This document shows, in pieces, positions 20,619 through 31,018 of a stretch of 64,000 bases of DNA (position 1 is its first letter; the number at the start of each line of letters is the position of its first letter). Below the pieces are notes generated by a model. It ran no database searches and was not told the DNA's origin. It worked only from the letters and a program-made list of their open reading frames with translations. The translations under genes and the position numbers were made by a program. The stretch comes from Paracoccus aestuarii (lineage in GTDB: Bacteria; Pseudomonadota; Alphaproteobacteria; Rhodobacterales; Rhodobacteraceae). The stretch lies in NCBI RefSeq assembly GCF_028553885.1, contig NZ_CP067169.1:2222385-2286384 (forward strand), written 5' to 3'.

Positions 20619-21112
20619 GGCTGCGGCATCAGGAAATGCCCGGTGGCCTGGGCGATCAGCCGGGCGCGGTTGTCCTGCCAGGCCTCGACATGGACCGATG
20701 CATAGCGCCGCCCCGACCGCACCACCCGCGCCCGCGCATAGGCGTCGCGCGGCAGGCCGGACCGCAGGTAATCCACGGTGAAGTCGATGGTCTTGGGCAG
20801 GCGCGGCAGGCTGTCGGGAACGGCGGCATCGGGGGCGATGCGGCCCGATTCCAGATCCTCCCACATGGCGGCCCAGGACAGCTCGATGATGGCCGTGACC
20901 TCCAGGAAGGCGGCGGTGACGCCGCCATGGATTGCGGGCAGCATCGGATTGCCGATCAGCTTGTCGTCAAAGGGCAGGATGGCCGTCAGCTCATCCCCGC
21001 GGCGGTCGAAGCGGATGCCCAGCCAGGACATGTAGGGCACGCCCGAGACCAGCGCGTTCAGGGCGCTGTCGCGGCGGGACTTGATCAGGTGCAGCGGCTC
21101 GTTGCGGTCCAT
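20615..21112 (-). CDS. PaaI-family hotdog-fold thioesterase
   Basis: 165 aa; hotdog fold with GNPMLPAIHGGVTAAFLE. Confidence 0.65.
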   Translation of the reverse strand: MDRNEPLHLIKSRRDSALNALVSGVPYMSWLGIRFDRRGDELTAILPFDDKLIGNPMLPAIHGGVTAAFLEVTAIIELSWAAMWEDLESGRIAPDAAVPDSLPRLPKTIDFTVDYLRSGLPRDAYARARVVRSGRRYASVHVEAWQDNRARLIAQATGHFLMPQP

Positions 21113-21115
21113 GGA

Positions 21116-21541
21116 TCAGCGCTCCGCGGTGAAGGCGCCGGTGGCGGTGGCCACCGGATTGTCCTGGTCGTCATCCAGCGCGACGGCGCGCAGGAAGGCC
21201 ACGCTGCGGGTCATGTGATAGCATTCGGCCCGCGCGGTGATCCGCTGCCCCGGCGTCGCGGCGCGCATGTAGTCGATGCGCAGATCGATCGTCGCGGTCG
21301 ATCGCGGCGTCGTCGGATGCGCCATCACCGCCGCCCCGCAGCAGGTATCCATCAACGCCGAGACGACGCCGCCATGGATCACCCCGGTGCGCGGATCGCC
21401 CACCAGATGATCGGCCCAGGGCATGCTGATGACGGCGCGGCCCGCGCCGATCTGGTCCACCCGCATCCCCAGGGCGCGGGCATGGGGGATGGCCTCGATG
21501 AACTGCTGGGCGATGCGGGCGTGATCGTCGGGATCGGTCAT
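21116..21541 (-). CDS. PaaI-family hotdog-fold thioesterase (paralog)
   Basis: ...GDPRTGVIHGGVVSALMDTCCG...; the ATG at 21541 was chosen within the longer ORF. Confidence 0.65.
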   Translation of the reverse strand: MTDPDDHARIAQQFIEAIPHARALGMRVDQIGAGRAVISMPWADHLVGDPRTGVIHGGVVSALMDTCCGAAVMAHPTTPRSTATIDLRIDYMRAATPGQRITARAECYHMTRSVAFLRAVALDDDQDNPVATATGAFTAER

Positions 21542-21622
21542 CGGGGTCCTTGCGCGATTCGGTTGAGAAAGGATGCGGCAGCGCCTAAGTTGACGCAAAG
21601 GGAAATCTTCGAGGAGGCGTCG

Positions 21623-22000
21623 ATGACCGAAGACCTGATCAGCTTCAAGGAGATGTGCGCGCGGTTCGACGTGACGCCGCGCACGCTGCGCTATTACGAA
21701 TACATCGAATTGCTGCAGCCGCGCAAGGAAGGGCGCGCGCGCTTCTACGGCCCGCGCGAGGTGGCGCGGATGACGCTGATCCTGCGCGGCCGCCGCTTCG
21801 GATTCTCGCTGGAGGAGATCCGCCAATGGCTGCAGATCTACGACAAGCAGGGATCGCGGGAACAGTATCAGGTCTGGATCGACATGGCCGGGCGGCAGCT
21901 GGCCGTGCTGGACCAGCAGATCGCCGATCTGCAGGCCGCGCGCGCCGATCTGGACCAGCTGCGCCAGACCGGGATCGCGGAACTGGAACGCCTGCCCTGA
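21623..22000 (+). CDS. MerR-family transcriptional regulator (LiuR-like)
   Basis: HTH_MerR N-terminus (FKEMCARFDVTPRTLRYYE) plus a coiled-coil dimerisation region; the real gene is the C-terminal part of the spurious 527-aa ORF 20417-22000. Confidence 0.8.
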   Translation: MTEDLISFKEMCARFDVTPRTLRYYEYIELLQPRKEGRARFYGPREVARMTLILRGRRFGFSLEEIRQWLQIYDKQGSREQYQVWIDMAGRQLAVLDQQIADLQAARADLDQLRQTGIAELERLP

Positions 22001-22120
22001 GGCGCCCCATGACGCGGCGGCACGGGGCGTCGTGACGCCGCGTCCTGCTTACGTTCGCGTCAACCTTGACCTACATTCATCCCAAGGACGGAAAGCCGGT
22101 TTGAGGAGGAGCCGCACCCA

Positions 22121-22513
22121 ATGTCCGACGATCTGATGACCATCCGCCAGATGTGCGACACCTATGAGGTGACGCCCCGCACGCTTCGCTTCTACGAGGC
22201 GCGCGAGCTGATCTTTCCGCAGCGTCGCGGGCAGCACCGGCTCTATGACCGGCGCGACCGGGCGCGGCTGACGCTGATCCTGCGCGGCAAGCGCTTCGGC
22301 TTCAGCCTGGAACAGATTCGGCAGCTGCTGCAGCTGTATCAGCCCGGCGGCGCCAATCGCGACCAGATCGCCGCGACCATCGACATCGGACGCGCGCGCC
22401 TGGCCGACATGGAACGCCAGCAGGCCGAACTGGCCCTGGCCATCGACGACCTGCGCCACCAGATCAGGGACGCCCAGACCCGACTTTCCGCCGCGACCTG
22501 CGAACAGCCGTAA
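22121..22513 (+). CDS. MerR-family transcriptional regulator (LiuR-like paralog)
   Basis: [19 protein letters not shown]...; a tandem paralog of the previous gene, immediately upstream of the acyl-CoA dehydrogenase. Confidence 0.8.
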   Translation: MSDDLMTIRQMCDTYEVTPRTLRFYEARELIFPQRRGQHRLYDRRDRARLTLILRGKRFGFSLEQIRQLLQLYQPGGANRDQIAATIDIGRARLADMERQQAELALAIDDLRHQIRDAQTRLSAATCEQP

Positions 22514-22524
22514 AGGATCACGCC

Positions 22525-24300
22525 ATGCCCACCTATACCCCCCCGATCCGCGACCTGCAGTTCCTGCTGCACGAGGTGCTGAAGATCTCCGAGACCGACC
22601 TGCCCGGCCATGACGAGCTGGCCCCGGATTTCACCGAGGCCGTGCTGGAGGCCGCAGGCAAGCTGTCCTCTGAGGTCCTGGCGCCGCTGAACGTCATTGG
22701 CGACCAGCAGGGCTGCGTGCTGGAGAACGGCGTCGTGCGCACCCCCGAAGGGTTCCGCGCCGCCTTCGACCAGGTCAAGGAGGGCGGCTGGACCGCGCTG
22801 GACTGCGACCCCGAATATGGCGGCCAAGGCATGCCCTACACCATGGGCGTCGCCACGGGCGAGATGTTCGTATCGGCCAACATGGCCTTCAACATGTATC
22901 AGGGCCTGACCCACGGCGCCTATTCCGCGATCCACGCCCATGGCACGGATGCGCAGAAGCAGACCTATCTGCCCAAGATGGTCAGCTGCGACTGGACCGG
23001 CACGATGAACCTGACGGAGCCGCATTGCGGCACCGATCTGGGCCTGCTGCGCACCAAGGCCGAACCCCAGGACGACGGCAGCTACCTGATCACGGGCCAG
23101 AAGATCTTCATCTCGGCCGGCGATCACGACATGGCCGAGAACGTCATCCATCTGGTCCTGGCCAAGGCGCCGGGCGGCGGCGAGGGCACCAAGGGCATCA
23201 GCCTGTTCATCGTCCCGAAGTTCCTGGTGAACGAGGACGGCTCGCTCGGCGATCGCAACGGCGTGTCGGTGGGCGCGCTGGAACACAAGATGGGCATCCA
23301 CGGCAACGCGACCTGCGTCATGAACTATGACGGGGCCAAGGGCTGGCTGCTGGGCGACCTGCACAAGGGCATGCGCGCCATGTTCACCATGATGAACGAG
23401 GCCCGGATCGGCGTCGGCCTGCAGGGCTATGCCTGCGCGGTGCCCGCCTATCAGAACGCGCTGGCCTATGCCAAGGACCGCCTGCAGGGCCGCGCCGTGA
23501 CCGGCGCCCAGAACCCGCAGGGCGCGGCCGATCCGCTGATCGTGCATCCCGACATCCGTCGCAGCCTGATGGATCAGAAGAGCTTCCTGGAAGGCGCCCG
23601 CGCGCTGACCATCTGGGGCGCGCATCTGGTCGATCGCAGCCACCTGGCCGGTGACGCCGATGCCGAAGGGCTGGTCTCGCTGATGACGCCGGTCATCAAG
23701 GGCTTCCTGACGGACAAGGGCTTCGACACGACGGTGCTGGCGCAGCAGGTGCTGGGCGGCCACGGCTATGTCGAGGAATGGGGCATGAGCCAGTTTGTCC
23801 GCGACGCCCGCATCACCATGATCTACGAGGGCGCGAACGGCGTGCAGGCGCTGGACCTGGTTGGCCGCAAGCTGGCCCAGGACGGCGGCAAGCACGTCAT
23901 GGCCTTCTTCGAGATGATCAAGTCCTTCTGCAAGGAGCAGTCGGGCAACGAGGCCATCGCCGCCGACTTCATCGACCCGCTGAAGGCCGCGTCCAAGGAC
24001 CTGCAATCCGCTGCCATGTTCTTCATGGAGCGGGGGATGAAGAACCCCAACGACGCGCTGTCGGGCAGCTATGACTTCATGCACTTGTTCGGTCACGTGA
24101 CCTTGGGTTTCATGTGGGCCCGCATGGCCGTCGCGGCCCAGGCCGCCATCGACGCGGGCACGTCCGAGCCGTTCCACCAGACCAAGCTGGCCACCGGGCG
24201 CTACTACATGAAGCGCCAGCTGCCGATGACCGCCACCCATCTGGCGCGCATCCAGTCCGGCGCAGCGACGGTGATGGAACTGGAAGCCGAGGCTTTCTGA
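22525..24300 (+). CDS. long-form acyl-CoA dehydrogenase (about 590 aa, with the C-terminal extension domain)
   Basis: ACAD N-terminal, middle and C-terminal domain motifs, including the catalytic-base region [17 protein letters not shown]. Confidence 0.85.
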   Translation: MPTYTPPIRDLQFLLHEVLKISETDLPGHDELAPDFTEAVLEAAGKLSSEVLAPLNVIGDQQGCVLENGVVRTPEGFRAAFDQVKEGGWTALDCDPEYGGQGMPYTMGVATGEMFVSANMAFNMYQGLTHGAYSAIHAHGTDAQKQTYLPKMVSCDWTGTMNLTEPHCGTDLGLLRTKAEPQDDGSYLITGQKIFISAGDHDMAENVIHLVLAKAPGGGEGTKGISLFIVPKFLVNEDGSLGDRNGVSVGALEHKMGIHGNATCVMNYDGAKGWLLGDLHKGMRAMFTMMNEARIGVGLQGYACAVPAYQNALAYAKDRLQGRAVTGAQNPQGAADPLIVHPDIRRSLMDQKSFLEGARALTIWGAHLVDRSHLAGDADAEGLVSLMTPVIKGFLTDKGFDTTVLAQQVLGGHGYVEEWGMSQFVRDARITMIYEGANGVQALDLVGRKLAQDGGKHVMAFFEMIKSFCKEQSGNEAIAADFIDPLKAASKDLQSAAMFFMERGMKNPNDALSGSYDFMHLFGHVTLGFMWARMAVAAQAAIDAGTSEPFHQTKLATGRYYMKRQLPMTATHLARIQSGAATVMELEAEAF

Positions 24301-24328
24301 AACCGTCGGAAGGGCGGAGAGGTCGCAT

Positions 24329-24528
24329 GGGTATTTGCACAACGGAGAATTCCAGCGGTGCGCCCCGGCCCCCCCGCTCTTCCGAGAGGCAAGACGTTAT
24401 CGGCCCAAGAGCCGGGGCGGCTTCTCCGTTGACGGTCATCGGCTCCCCAGCCTGTACCGCAGCGCCGATCCTAGCGGCCCATGGTTAAGGAACGGTAAAG
24501 CCACGTCTTCTTCGTTGTGCAAATACCC
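24329..24528. repeat. perfect 16-bp inverted-repeat pair (GGGTATTTGCACAACG / CGTTGTGCAAATACCC) separated by 168 bp; MITE-like or structured element
   Basis: Seen directly at 24329-24344 and 24513-24528; the repeat extends imperfectly to 21 of 22 matches. It lies in the intergenic region between the ACAD and GST genes. Confidence 0.6.
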
Positions 24529-24575
24529 CGCGGGGGGTCCGGGGGGCGCGAAGCCCCCCGGCGTCAGGAGGAAAC

Positions 24576-25217
24576 ATGACCGCACAGCTCTGGTGCTTCG
24601 GCGAATCCGGCAATGCCTACAAGCCCGCCTTGACGATGCAGCTGGCGGGCTATGACTGGCATCCGGTCCCTGTCGACTTCTTCGGCGGCGAGACGCGGAC
24701 ACCCGCCTTCCGTGCCCTGAACCCGATGGGCGAGGTGCCGGTCTTCCGCGAGGGCGACCTGACCCTGACCCAATCGGCCGTCATTCAGCTGCATGTCGCC
24801 GAACGCACGGGTCGGTTCCTCGGCACCGACCGGGCCGAGACGATGCGCTGGCTGATGTTCGACAACCACAAGCTGTCGGGCCAGGCCGGGCCGGCGCGGT
24901 TCCTGCTGAACTTTCTGCCTGAGGACAAGCGGCCCGCGGGGGTGGCGGATTACCTGCAGGCGCGGCTCAAGGGTGCCTATCGGGTGCTGGACACGCATCT
25001 GGCCGACCGGGACTGGGTCGCGCCCGGCGGTCCGACCATCGCGGATCTCGCGCTCTGCGGCTATCTCTACTATCCCGAGCCCTTCGGTTTCGACCGCGGG
25101 GACTGGCCCCATATCGACCGCTGGCTGCAGGGCATCGCCGCCCTGCCCGGCTGGACCCATCCCTATGATCTGATGCCCGGCAATCCATCCGACCGGGCGC
25201 CCAAGGAGGACCAATGA
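24576..25217 (+). CDS. glutathione S-transferase
   Basis: GST N-terminal (thioredoxin-like) and C-terminal domains; strong AGGAGG ribosome-binding site. Confidence 0.75.
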   Translation: MTAQLWCFGESGNAYKPALTMQLAGYDWHPVPVDFFGGETRTPAFRALNPMGEVPVFREGDLTLTQSAVIQLHVAERTGRFLGTDRAETMRWLMFDNHKLSGQAGPARFLLNFLPEDKRPAGVADYLQARLKGAYRVLDTHLADRDWVAPGGPTIADLALCGYLYYPEPFGFDRGDWPHIDRWLQGIAALPGWTHPYDLMPGNPSDRAPKEDQ

Positions 25218-26425
25218 CCGACGCATACATCTATGACGCCGCCCGCACCCCGCGCGGCAAGGGCCGCCCAGATGGCAGCCTGCACGAGGTCACCTCGCTG
25301 GCGCTCTCCGCGCGCCTGCTGAACGCCGTCAAGGAGCGCAACGGCCTGGAAGGTCACGCGGTCGAGGACGTCATCTGGGGCAATGTCACCCAGGTCAAGG
25401 AACAGGGTGGCTGCCTTGCGCGCAGCGCCGTGCTGGCGTCCGACCTGGACGAGCGCATCCCGGGCCTGTCGATCAACCGCTTCTGCGCCAGCGGCATGGA
25501 GGCCGTGAACCTGGCCGCCAACCAGATCAAGGGCGGCGCCGGCCATGCCTATATCGCCGGCGGGGTCGAGATGATGGGCCGCGTGGCCATGGGCAGCGAC
25601 GGCGCCGCCATCGCCGTCGATCCCAGCCTCGCGATGAAGTCCTATTTCGTGCCCCAAGGCATCAGCGCCGACATCATCGCGACCGAATACGGCTTTACCC
25701 GCGAGGAGGCCGACGCCTTGGCGCTGGAGAGCCAGAAGCGCGCCGCCCAGGCCTGGGAGGAGAACCGCTTCGCCAAATCCATCGTCCCGGTCCTGGACCA
25801 GAACGGCCTGACCATCCTGGACCGCGACGAATACATGCGCCCCGGCACCACGGCCGATGACCTGGCCAAGCTGCGCCCCGCCTTCAAGGAGATGGGCGAG
25901 ATGATGCCCGGCTTCGACAAGGTCGCGATGCTGAAATACCCGCATTTGACCCATATCGACCATATCCACCATGCCGGGAATTCCTCGGGCATCGTGGACG
26001 GCGCCGCGGCCGTGCTGATCGGCAGCAAGGAATTCGGCGAGGCGCATGGTCTGAAGCCCCGCGCCCGCATCCGCGCCACCGCCAAGATCGGCACCGATCC
26101 CACGATCATGCTGACCGGCCCGGTCCCCGTGACCGAAAAGATCCTCAAGGACAGCGGCATGGCGATCGGCGACATCGACCTCTTCGAGGTGAACGAGGCC
26201 TTCGCCTCGGTCGTGCTGCGCTTCATGCAGGCCTTCGACGTGGACCATTCCAAGGTCAACGTGAATGGCGGGTCGATCGCCATGGGCCACCCCCTGGGCG
26301 CGACCGGCGCGATCATCATCGGCACCCTGCTGGACGAGCTTGAGCGCCAGGACAAACAGGTGGGTCTGGCGACCCTGTGCATCGCGTCCGGCATGGGCGC
26401 GGCCACCATCATCGAACGCGTGTGA
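25214..26425 (+). CDS. acetyl-CoA C-acyltransferase (3-ketoacyl-CoA thiolase)
   Basis: Thiolase signatures (NRFCASGMEAV, the catalytic Cys region, and the C-terminal GGSIAMGHPLGATG). Confidence 0.85.
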   Translation: MTDAYIYDAARTPRGKGRPDGSLHEVTSLALSARLLNAVKERNGLEGHAVEDVIWGNVTQVKEQGGCLARSAVLASDLDERIPGLSINRFCASGMEAVNLAANQIKGGAGHAYIAGGVEMMGRVAMGSDGAAIAVDPSLAMKSYFVPQGISADIIATEYGFTREEADALALESQKRAAQAWEENRFAKSIVPVLDQNGLTILDRDEYMRPGTTADDLAKLRPAFKEMGEMMPGFDKVAMLKYPHLTHIDHIHHAGNSSGIVDGAAAVLIGSKEFGEAHGLKPRARIRATAKIGTDPTIMLTGPVPVTEKILKDSGMAIGDIDLFEVNEAFASVVLRFMQAFDVDHSKVNVNGGSIAMGHPLGATGAIIIGTLLDELERQDKQVGLATLCIASGMGAATIIERV

Positions 26426-26436
26426 GGAGCCCGGAC

Positions 26437-28605
26437 ATGACCGATTTCACGATGGAAAAAGGCGCCGACGGCGTCGCGATCATCACCTGGGACGTGCCGG
26501 GCAAGTCGATGAACGTGCTGTCCATGGACGGCGCCATGACGCTGGACGGGCTGATCGACGACGCCCTGGCCGACGAGGCCGTGAAGGGCATCGTCATCAC
26601 CAGCGGAAAGAAGGACTTCGCCGCCGGGATGGACCTGAAGGTCATCGCGGGGATGAAGGACGCTAATGGCGCGCAGGGCGTGTTCGACGGCGTGATGACG
26701 CTGCATCACCTGCTGCGCAAGATCGAGCTGGCGGGCATGGACCGCAAGACCAAGAAGGGCGGCAAGCCCATCGCGGCGGCCCTGCCCGGCACCGCGCTCG
26801 GCATCGGGCTGGAGCTGCCCTTGGCCACGCATCGGATCTTTGCCGCCGACAACCCCAAGGCCAAGATCGGCCTGCCCGAGATCATGGTCGGCATCTTCCC
26901 CGGCGCGGGCGGCACGACCCGCTTGGCGCGCAAGCTGGGCGCCATGGTCGCGGCCCCCTTCCTGCTGGAGGGCAAGCTGTCGGAACCCAAAAAGGCCAAG
27001 GCCGCCGGCCTGATCGACGAGGTGGTGGACGACCCGCTGGCCGCCGCCAAGGCCTGGGTGCTGGAGGCCAAGGAGGCCGATCTGGTGAAGCCTTGGGACG
27101 CCAAGGGCTACAAGATGCCCGGCGGCGAGCCCTTCCACCCGGCGGGCTTCATGACCTTCGTCGGCGCCTCCGCGATGGTGCATGGCAAGACCATGGGCGT
27201 CTATCCGGCCGCCAAGGCACTGCTGAGCGCGGTCTATGAGGGCGCGCAGGTGCCCTTCGACCAGGCGCTCAAGATCGAGGCGCGCTGGTTCACCAACGTG
27301 CTGATGAATCCCAGCAGCGCGGCGATGATCCGCAGCCTGTTCATCAACAAGGAAGCCTTGGAGAAGGGCGCGAACCGCCCCGAGGCCCCCGACCAGACCG
27401 TCCGCAAGGTCGGCATCCTGGGCGCGGGCATGATGGGCGCGGGCATCGCCTATGTGAGCGCGCGCGCGGGCATCGAGGTTGTGCTGATCGACGCCCAGCA
27501 GGCCAGCGCCGACAAGGGCCGCGCCTATTCCGAGGGCCTGATGGACAAGGCCATCAGCCGCAAGCGGGCGACCGAGGAGAAGAAGGCCGAACTGCTGGCC
27601 CGCATCACCGCGACCACGGATTACGCCGCGCTGGAGGGCTGCGACCTGATCGTCGAGGCCGTCTTCGAGGACCCCTCGGTCAAGGCCGAAGTCACCAAGC
27701 GCGCCGAGGCCGTCATCCCGCAGGACGCGATCTTCGCGACCAACACCTCGACCCTGCCGATCAGCGACCTGGCCCGTGCCAGCAGCCGTCCGGAGCAGTT
27801 CATCGGCATCCACTTCTTCAGCCCCGTGGACAAGATGGCGCTGGTCGAGATCATCAAGGGCAAGGAGACCGGGCCCGTCGCCGTCGCGAAGGCGCTGGAT
27901 TTTGTCCGCCAAATCCGCAAGACGCCCATCGTCGTCAATGACGAGCGGTTCTTCTATGCCAACCGCTGCATCATCCCCTATATCAACGAGGGGATCCGCA
28001 TGGTGGCCGAGGGCGTGAACCCCACGCTGGTCGAGAACGCCGCCAAGATGATGGGCATGCCGCTCGGTCCGCTGCAGCTGGTGGATGAGACCTCGATCGA
28101 TTTGGGCGTCAAGATCGCCAAGGCGACCAAGGCCGCGATGGGCGACGCCTATCCCGACGGCGCGGTCGATGAGGTGCTGTTCTGGATGGCCGATCAGGGC
28201 CGCATGGGCCGCAAGGCGAATGCGGGCTTTTATGCCTATGAGGACGGCAAGCGGCAGGGCCTGTGGGAGGGTCTGGACGCGCAATATCCGCGCAGCCCGG
28301 ATCAGCCCGCGCTGGAGGATGTGCAGAACCGCCTGATGTTCGCCCAGACCCTGGAGGCCGTCCGCGCGCTGGAGGAAGGCGTGCTGGAGGATATCCGCGA
28401 GGGCGATGTGGGCGCCATCCTGGGCTGGGGCTATGCGCCTTGGTCGGGCGGGCCTTTCGGCTGGCTGGACATCCTGGGCGCGGATCGCGCCGTGGCCATC
28501 TGCGACGCGCTGGAGGCGCAGCACGGCGCGCGCTTCAAGGCGCCGCAGATGCTGCGCGACATGGCCGCCGAGGGCCGGGGCTTCTATTCCCGCAAGGCCG
28601 CCTGA
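26437..28605 (+). CDS. fatty-acid oxidation complex alpha subunit (enoyl-CoA hydratase / 3-hydroxyacyl-CoA dehydrogenase, FadB/FadJ-like)
   Basis: N-terminal crotonase fold, NAD-binding GAGMMGAGIAYV, and the 3HCDH C-terminal domains; 722 aa. Confidence 0.85.
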   Translation: MTDFTMEKGADGVAIITWDVPGKSMNVLSMDGAMTLDGLIDDALADEAVKGIVITSGKKDFAAGMDLKVIAGMKDANGAQGVFDGVMTLHHLLRKIELAGMDRKTKKGGKPIAAALPGTALGIGLELPLATHRIFAADNPKAKIGLPEIMVGIFPGAGGTTRLARKLGAMVAAPFLLEGKLSEPKKAKAAGLIDEVVDDPLAAAKAWVLEAKEADLVKPWDAKGYKMPGGEPFHPAGFMTFVGASAMVHGKTMGVYPAAKALLSAVYEGAQVPFDQALKIEARWFTNVLMNPSSAAMIRSLFINKEALEKGANRPEAPDQTVRKVGILGAGMMGAGIAYVSARAGIEVVLIDAQQASADKGRAYSEGLMDKAISRKRATEEKKAELLARITATTDYAALEGCDLIVEAVFEDPSVKAEVTKRAEAVIPQDAIFATNTSTLPISDLARASSRPEQFIGIHFFSPVDKMALVEIIKGKETGPVAVAKALDFVRQIRKTPIVVNDERFFYANRCIIPYINEGIRMVAEGVNPTLVENAAKMMGMPLGPLQLVDETSIDLGVKIAKATKAAMGDAYPDGAVDEVLFWMADQGRMGRKANAGFYAYEDGKRQGLWEGLDAQYPRSPDQPALEDVQNRLMFAQTLEAVRALEEGVLEDIREGDVGAILGWGYAPWSGGPFGWLDILGADRAVAICDALEAQHGARFKAPQMLRDMAAEGRGFYSRKAA

Positions 28606-28776
28606 GGCGACATTGGATGGGCCGCGCCGCCGCGTGGCCCATCCGCACCACCCCCTGTGGCGCAGGCGCCATGGATTGAAACTTTCCCGTCCAGATGTCG
28701 TTGAACGGGCAAGAATTCGCTATATGCTGCAGCGGCGCCTCCGCCCGCGGCGGATGGCCGACAAGGGGATAGTGCC

Positions 28777-29949
28777 ATGAGTGACGACATCAAGCGCCGC
28801 GCCGAGGCGGCCCAGGCCCAGATCGACGCGCTGGCCGCGACGCCCCTGGCCGAGCCCGCCCCCGCACCCGACCGTCTGGCCGATGCCGACCCCCAGACCC
28901 AGGCCGCCATCCGCGCCCGCATGGCCGAGATCGACCTGAAGGACAGCCAGTCCATCCTGCGCTTCGGCACCCGCGCCCAAGCCGACCTGCAACAGATCAG
29001 CCAATCCATGCTGGCCGATGTCAAGGCCAAGGAGGTCGGCCCCGCCGGCGACAGCCTGCGCGAGGTCGTCACCACGATCCGCGGCTTTTCCACCAGCGAA
29101 CTGGACATGCGCCGCAGCCGCAGCTGGTGGGAACGCCTGCTGGGCCGATCCGCCCCCTTTGCCAAGTTCGTGGCCAATTACGAACAGGTCCAGACCCAGA
29201 TCGACCGCATCACCGCCGAGCTGGAGACCCACGAGCAGAAGCTGTTGAAGGATATCCGCTCGCTGGACATCCTCTATGACCGGACGCTGGCCTTCTATGA
29301 CGAACTGGCGCTCTATATCGCGGCGGGCACGGAGCGCCTGCGCGAGCTGGACAGCACCGACATCCCCGCCAAGGAGGCCCAACTGGCCGGCAAGTCCGAG
29401 CCCGACCAGGTGATCGAGGCGCAGGAGCTGCGCGACCTGCGCACGCTGCGCGACGATCTGGAACGCCGCATCCATGACCTGAAGCTGACGCGGCAGGTGA
29501 CGATGCAATCCCTGCCCTCGATCCGGCTGGTGCAGGAAAACGACAAGTCGCTGGTCACCAAGATCAACTCGACCCTGGTGAACACGGTGCCGCTGTGGGA
29601 GACGCAGCTGGCCCAGGCCGTCACCATCCAGCGCAGCGCCGAGGCCGCCCGCGCGGTGCGCGAGGCCAGCGACCTGACCAACGAGCTGCTGACCCGCAAT
29701 GCCGACAACCTGCGCCAGGCGAACGCCCAGATCCGCACCGAGACCGAGCGCGGCGTCTTCGACATCGAGGCCGTGCAGACCGCCAATGCCCAGCTGATCG
29801 CCACGATCGAGGACAGCCTGCGCATCGCCGACGAGGGCCGCACCCGCCGCGCCGCCGCCGAGAACGAGCTGACCCGGATGGAGGCCGAGCTGCGCGACGC
29901 GCTGGCATCGGCATCGGCGCGCAACCCGGCGGCCATCGGGGGGCGCTGA
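28777..29949 (+). CDS. TelA-family toxic-anion-resistance protein
   Basis: 390 aa, fully alpha-helical; TelA-family pattern (SILRFGTRAQADLQQISQSML..., LDILYDRTLAFYDELALYIAAG). Confidence 0.7.
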   Translation: MSDDIKRRAEAAQAQIDALAATPLAEPAPAPDRLADADPQTQAAIRARMAEIDLKDSQSILRFGTRAQADLQQISQSMLADVKAKEVGPAGDSLREVVTTIRGFSTSELDMRRSRSWWERLLGRSAPFAKFVANYEQVQTQIDRITAELETHEQKLLKDIRSLDILYDRTLAFYDELALYIAAGTERLRELDSTDIPAKEAQLAGKSEPDQVIEAQELRDLRTLRDDLERRIHDLKLTRQVTMQSLPSIRLVQENDKSLVTKINSTLVNTVPLWETQLAQAVTIQRSAEAARAVREASDLTNELLTRNADNLRQANAQIRTETERGVFDIEAVQTANAQLIATIEDSLRIADEGRTRRAAAENELTRMEAELRDALASASARNPAAIGGR

Positions 29950-30968
29950 TGATGCGCCGCGCCCTTGCCGCCGCGCTGATCCTGGGGCTGGCCGCCTGCG
30001 CGGCGCCCGGCCCGGATGGCGACGCCCCCGCGACAGGCCCCCGGCCCTTGCCCCGCCCCGAACAGCAGGCCAAGGCCCCCGACACCCAGGCCGAGCTGCG
30101 CCGCGCCCGCGCGGAACGCAACCGCGAGGCCAATGCCGCCGCGCGTCAGGCCGCCGCCCGCCCCAGCCCGGCCAGCCAGTCGCAGCGCGACCTCTATGCC
30201 GCCGCCGAGCGCCGGCTGGTGGCGCAGGGCCGCCTGCGCCGCGACCGGGTGCCGCTGGACGCCCCGATCAATGCCGAGATCCTGGCCCGCAACTTCATCG
30301 AGATCGCGCTGCGCGACGAATACCTGGCCGGTGGCGGCCTGGCGCGCGGCGGCGCGGCGGCGCCCCTGCGGCGCTGGCAGGTGCCGGTCAGGATGCAGAT
30401 CGAATTCAGCGCCTCGATCGACATGGCCGCGCGCCCGGCCTGGCGGGCCGAGGTCGGCGATTACGCCGCCCGCCTGTCCTCGATCACCGGCCATCCCGTG
30501 TCGATGACGGCCGAACGCGGCAATTTCACCATCCTGGTCCTGACCGAGGATGAACGCCGCGCCATCGGCCCGCGCCTGGCCCAGCTGGTCCCCGGCATCC
30601 CCGCGCGCGACCTGTCGATGGTGGCGGAACTGCCCGCGACCATCAGCTGCGCCGTCTTCGCCTATTCCGAGGGCGGGCGCCCTGACTATGCCCGCGCCGT
30701 GGCGGTGATCCGGGCCGAGCTGCCCCCCCTGCTGCGCAGCAGCTGCATCCATGAGGAACTGGCCCAGGGCATGGGCCTGGCCAATGACAGCCCCGATGCC
30801 CGCCCCTCGATCTTCAACGATGACGAGGAATTCGCCCTGCTGACCCGGCATGACGAGCTGCTGCTGCAGATGCTCTATGACCCGCGCCTGCATCCCGGCA
30901 TGTCCGAGGCCGAGGCCGCCCCGATCATCCGCCGCATCGCCGCCGAACTGATGGGCGAGGCCGCTTGA
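29949..30968 (+). CDS. DUF2927-like lipoprotein
   Basis: Lipobox LGLAAC; the start overlaps the telA stop (TGATG); resembles the Rhodobacterales DUF2927 lipoprotein family. Confidence 0.55.
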   Translation: MMRRALAAALILGLAACAAPGPDGDAPATGPRPLPRPEQQAKAPDTQAELRRARAERNREANAAARQAAARPSPASQSQRDLYAAAERRLVAQGRLRRDRVPLDAPINAEILARNFIEIALRDEYLAGGGLARGGAAAPLRRWQVPVRMQIEFSASIDMAARPAWRAEVGDYAARLSSITGHPVSMTAERGNFTILVLTEDERRAIGPRLAQLVPGIPARDLSMVAELPATISCAVFAYSEGGRPDYARAVAVIRAELPPLLRSSCIHEELAQGMGLANDSPDARPSIFNDDEEFALLTRHDELLLQMLYDPRLHPGMSEAEAAPIIRRIAAELMGEAA

Positions 30969-31018
30969 ACCGCCCCCCGGCCCGGCCCTAGATTGGGCCG
31001 AGCCATACGGGGGATACC

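Noticed and set aside
20417-22000. 527-aa plus-strand ORF
   Set aside because: The N-terminal 400 aa are antisense to the MATE and thioesterase genes and are low-complexity. Only the C-terminal MerR regulator (from ATG 21623) is credible.
28606-28776. Sigma-70-like TTGAAC...TATATG elements and a GC hairpin (28615-28644) upstream of telA
   Set aside because: The spacing between the putative -35 and -10 elements is only about 14 nt, and the hairpin lacks a T-tract. This cannot be assigned confidently as a promoter or terminator from sequence alone.
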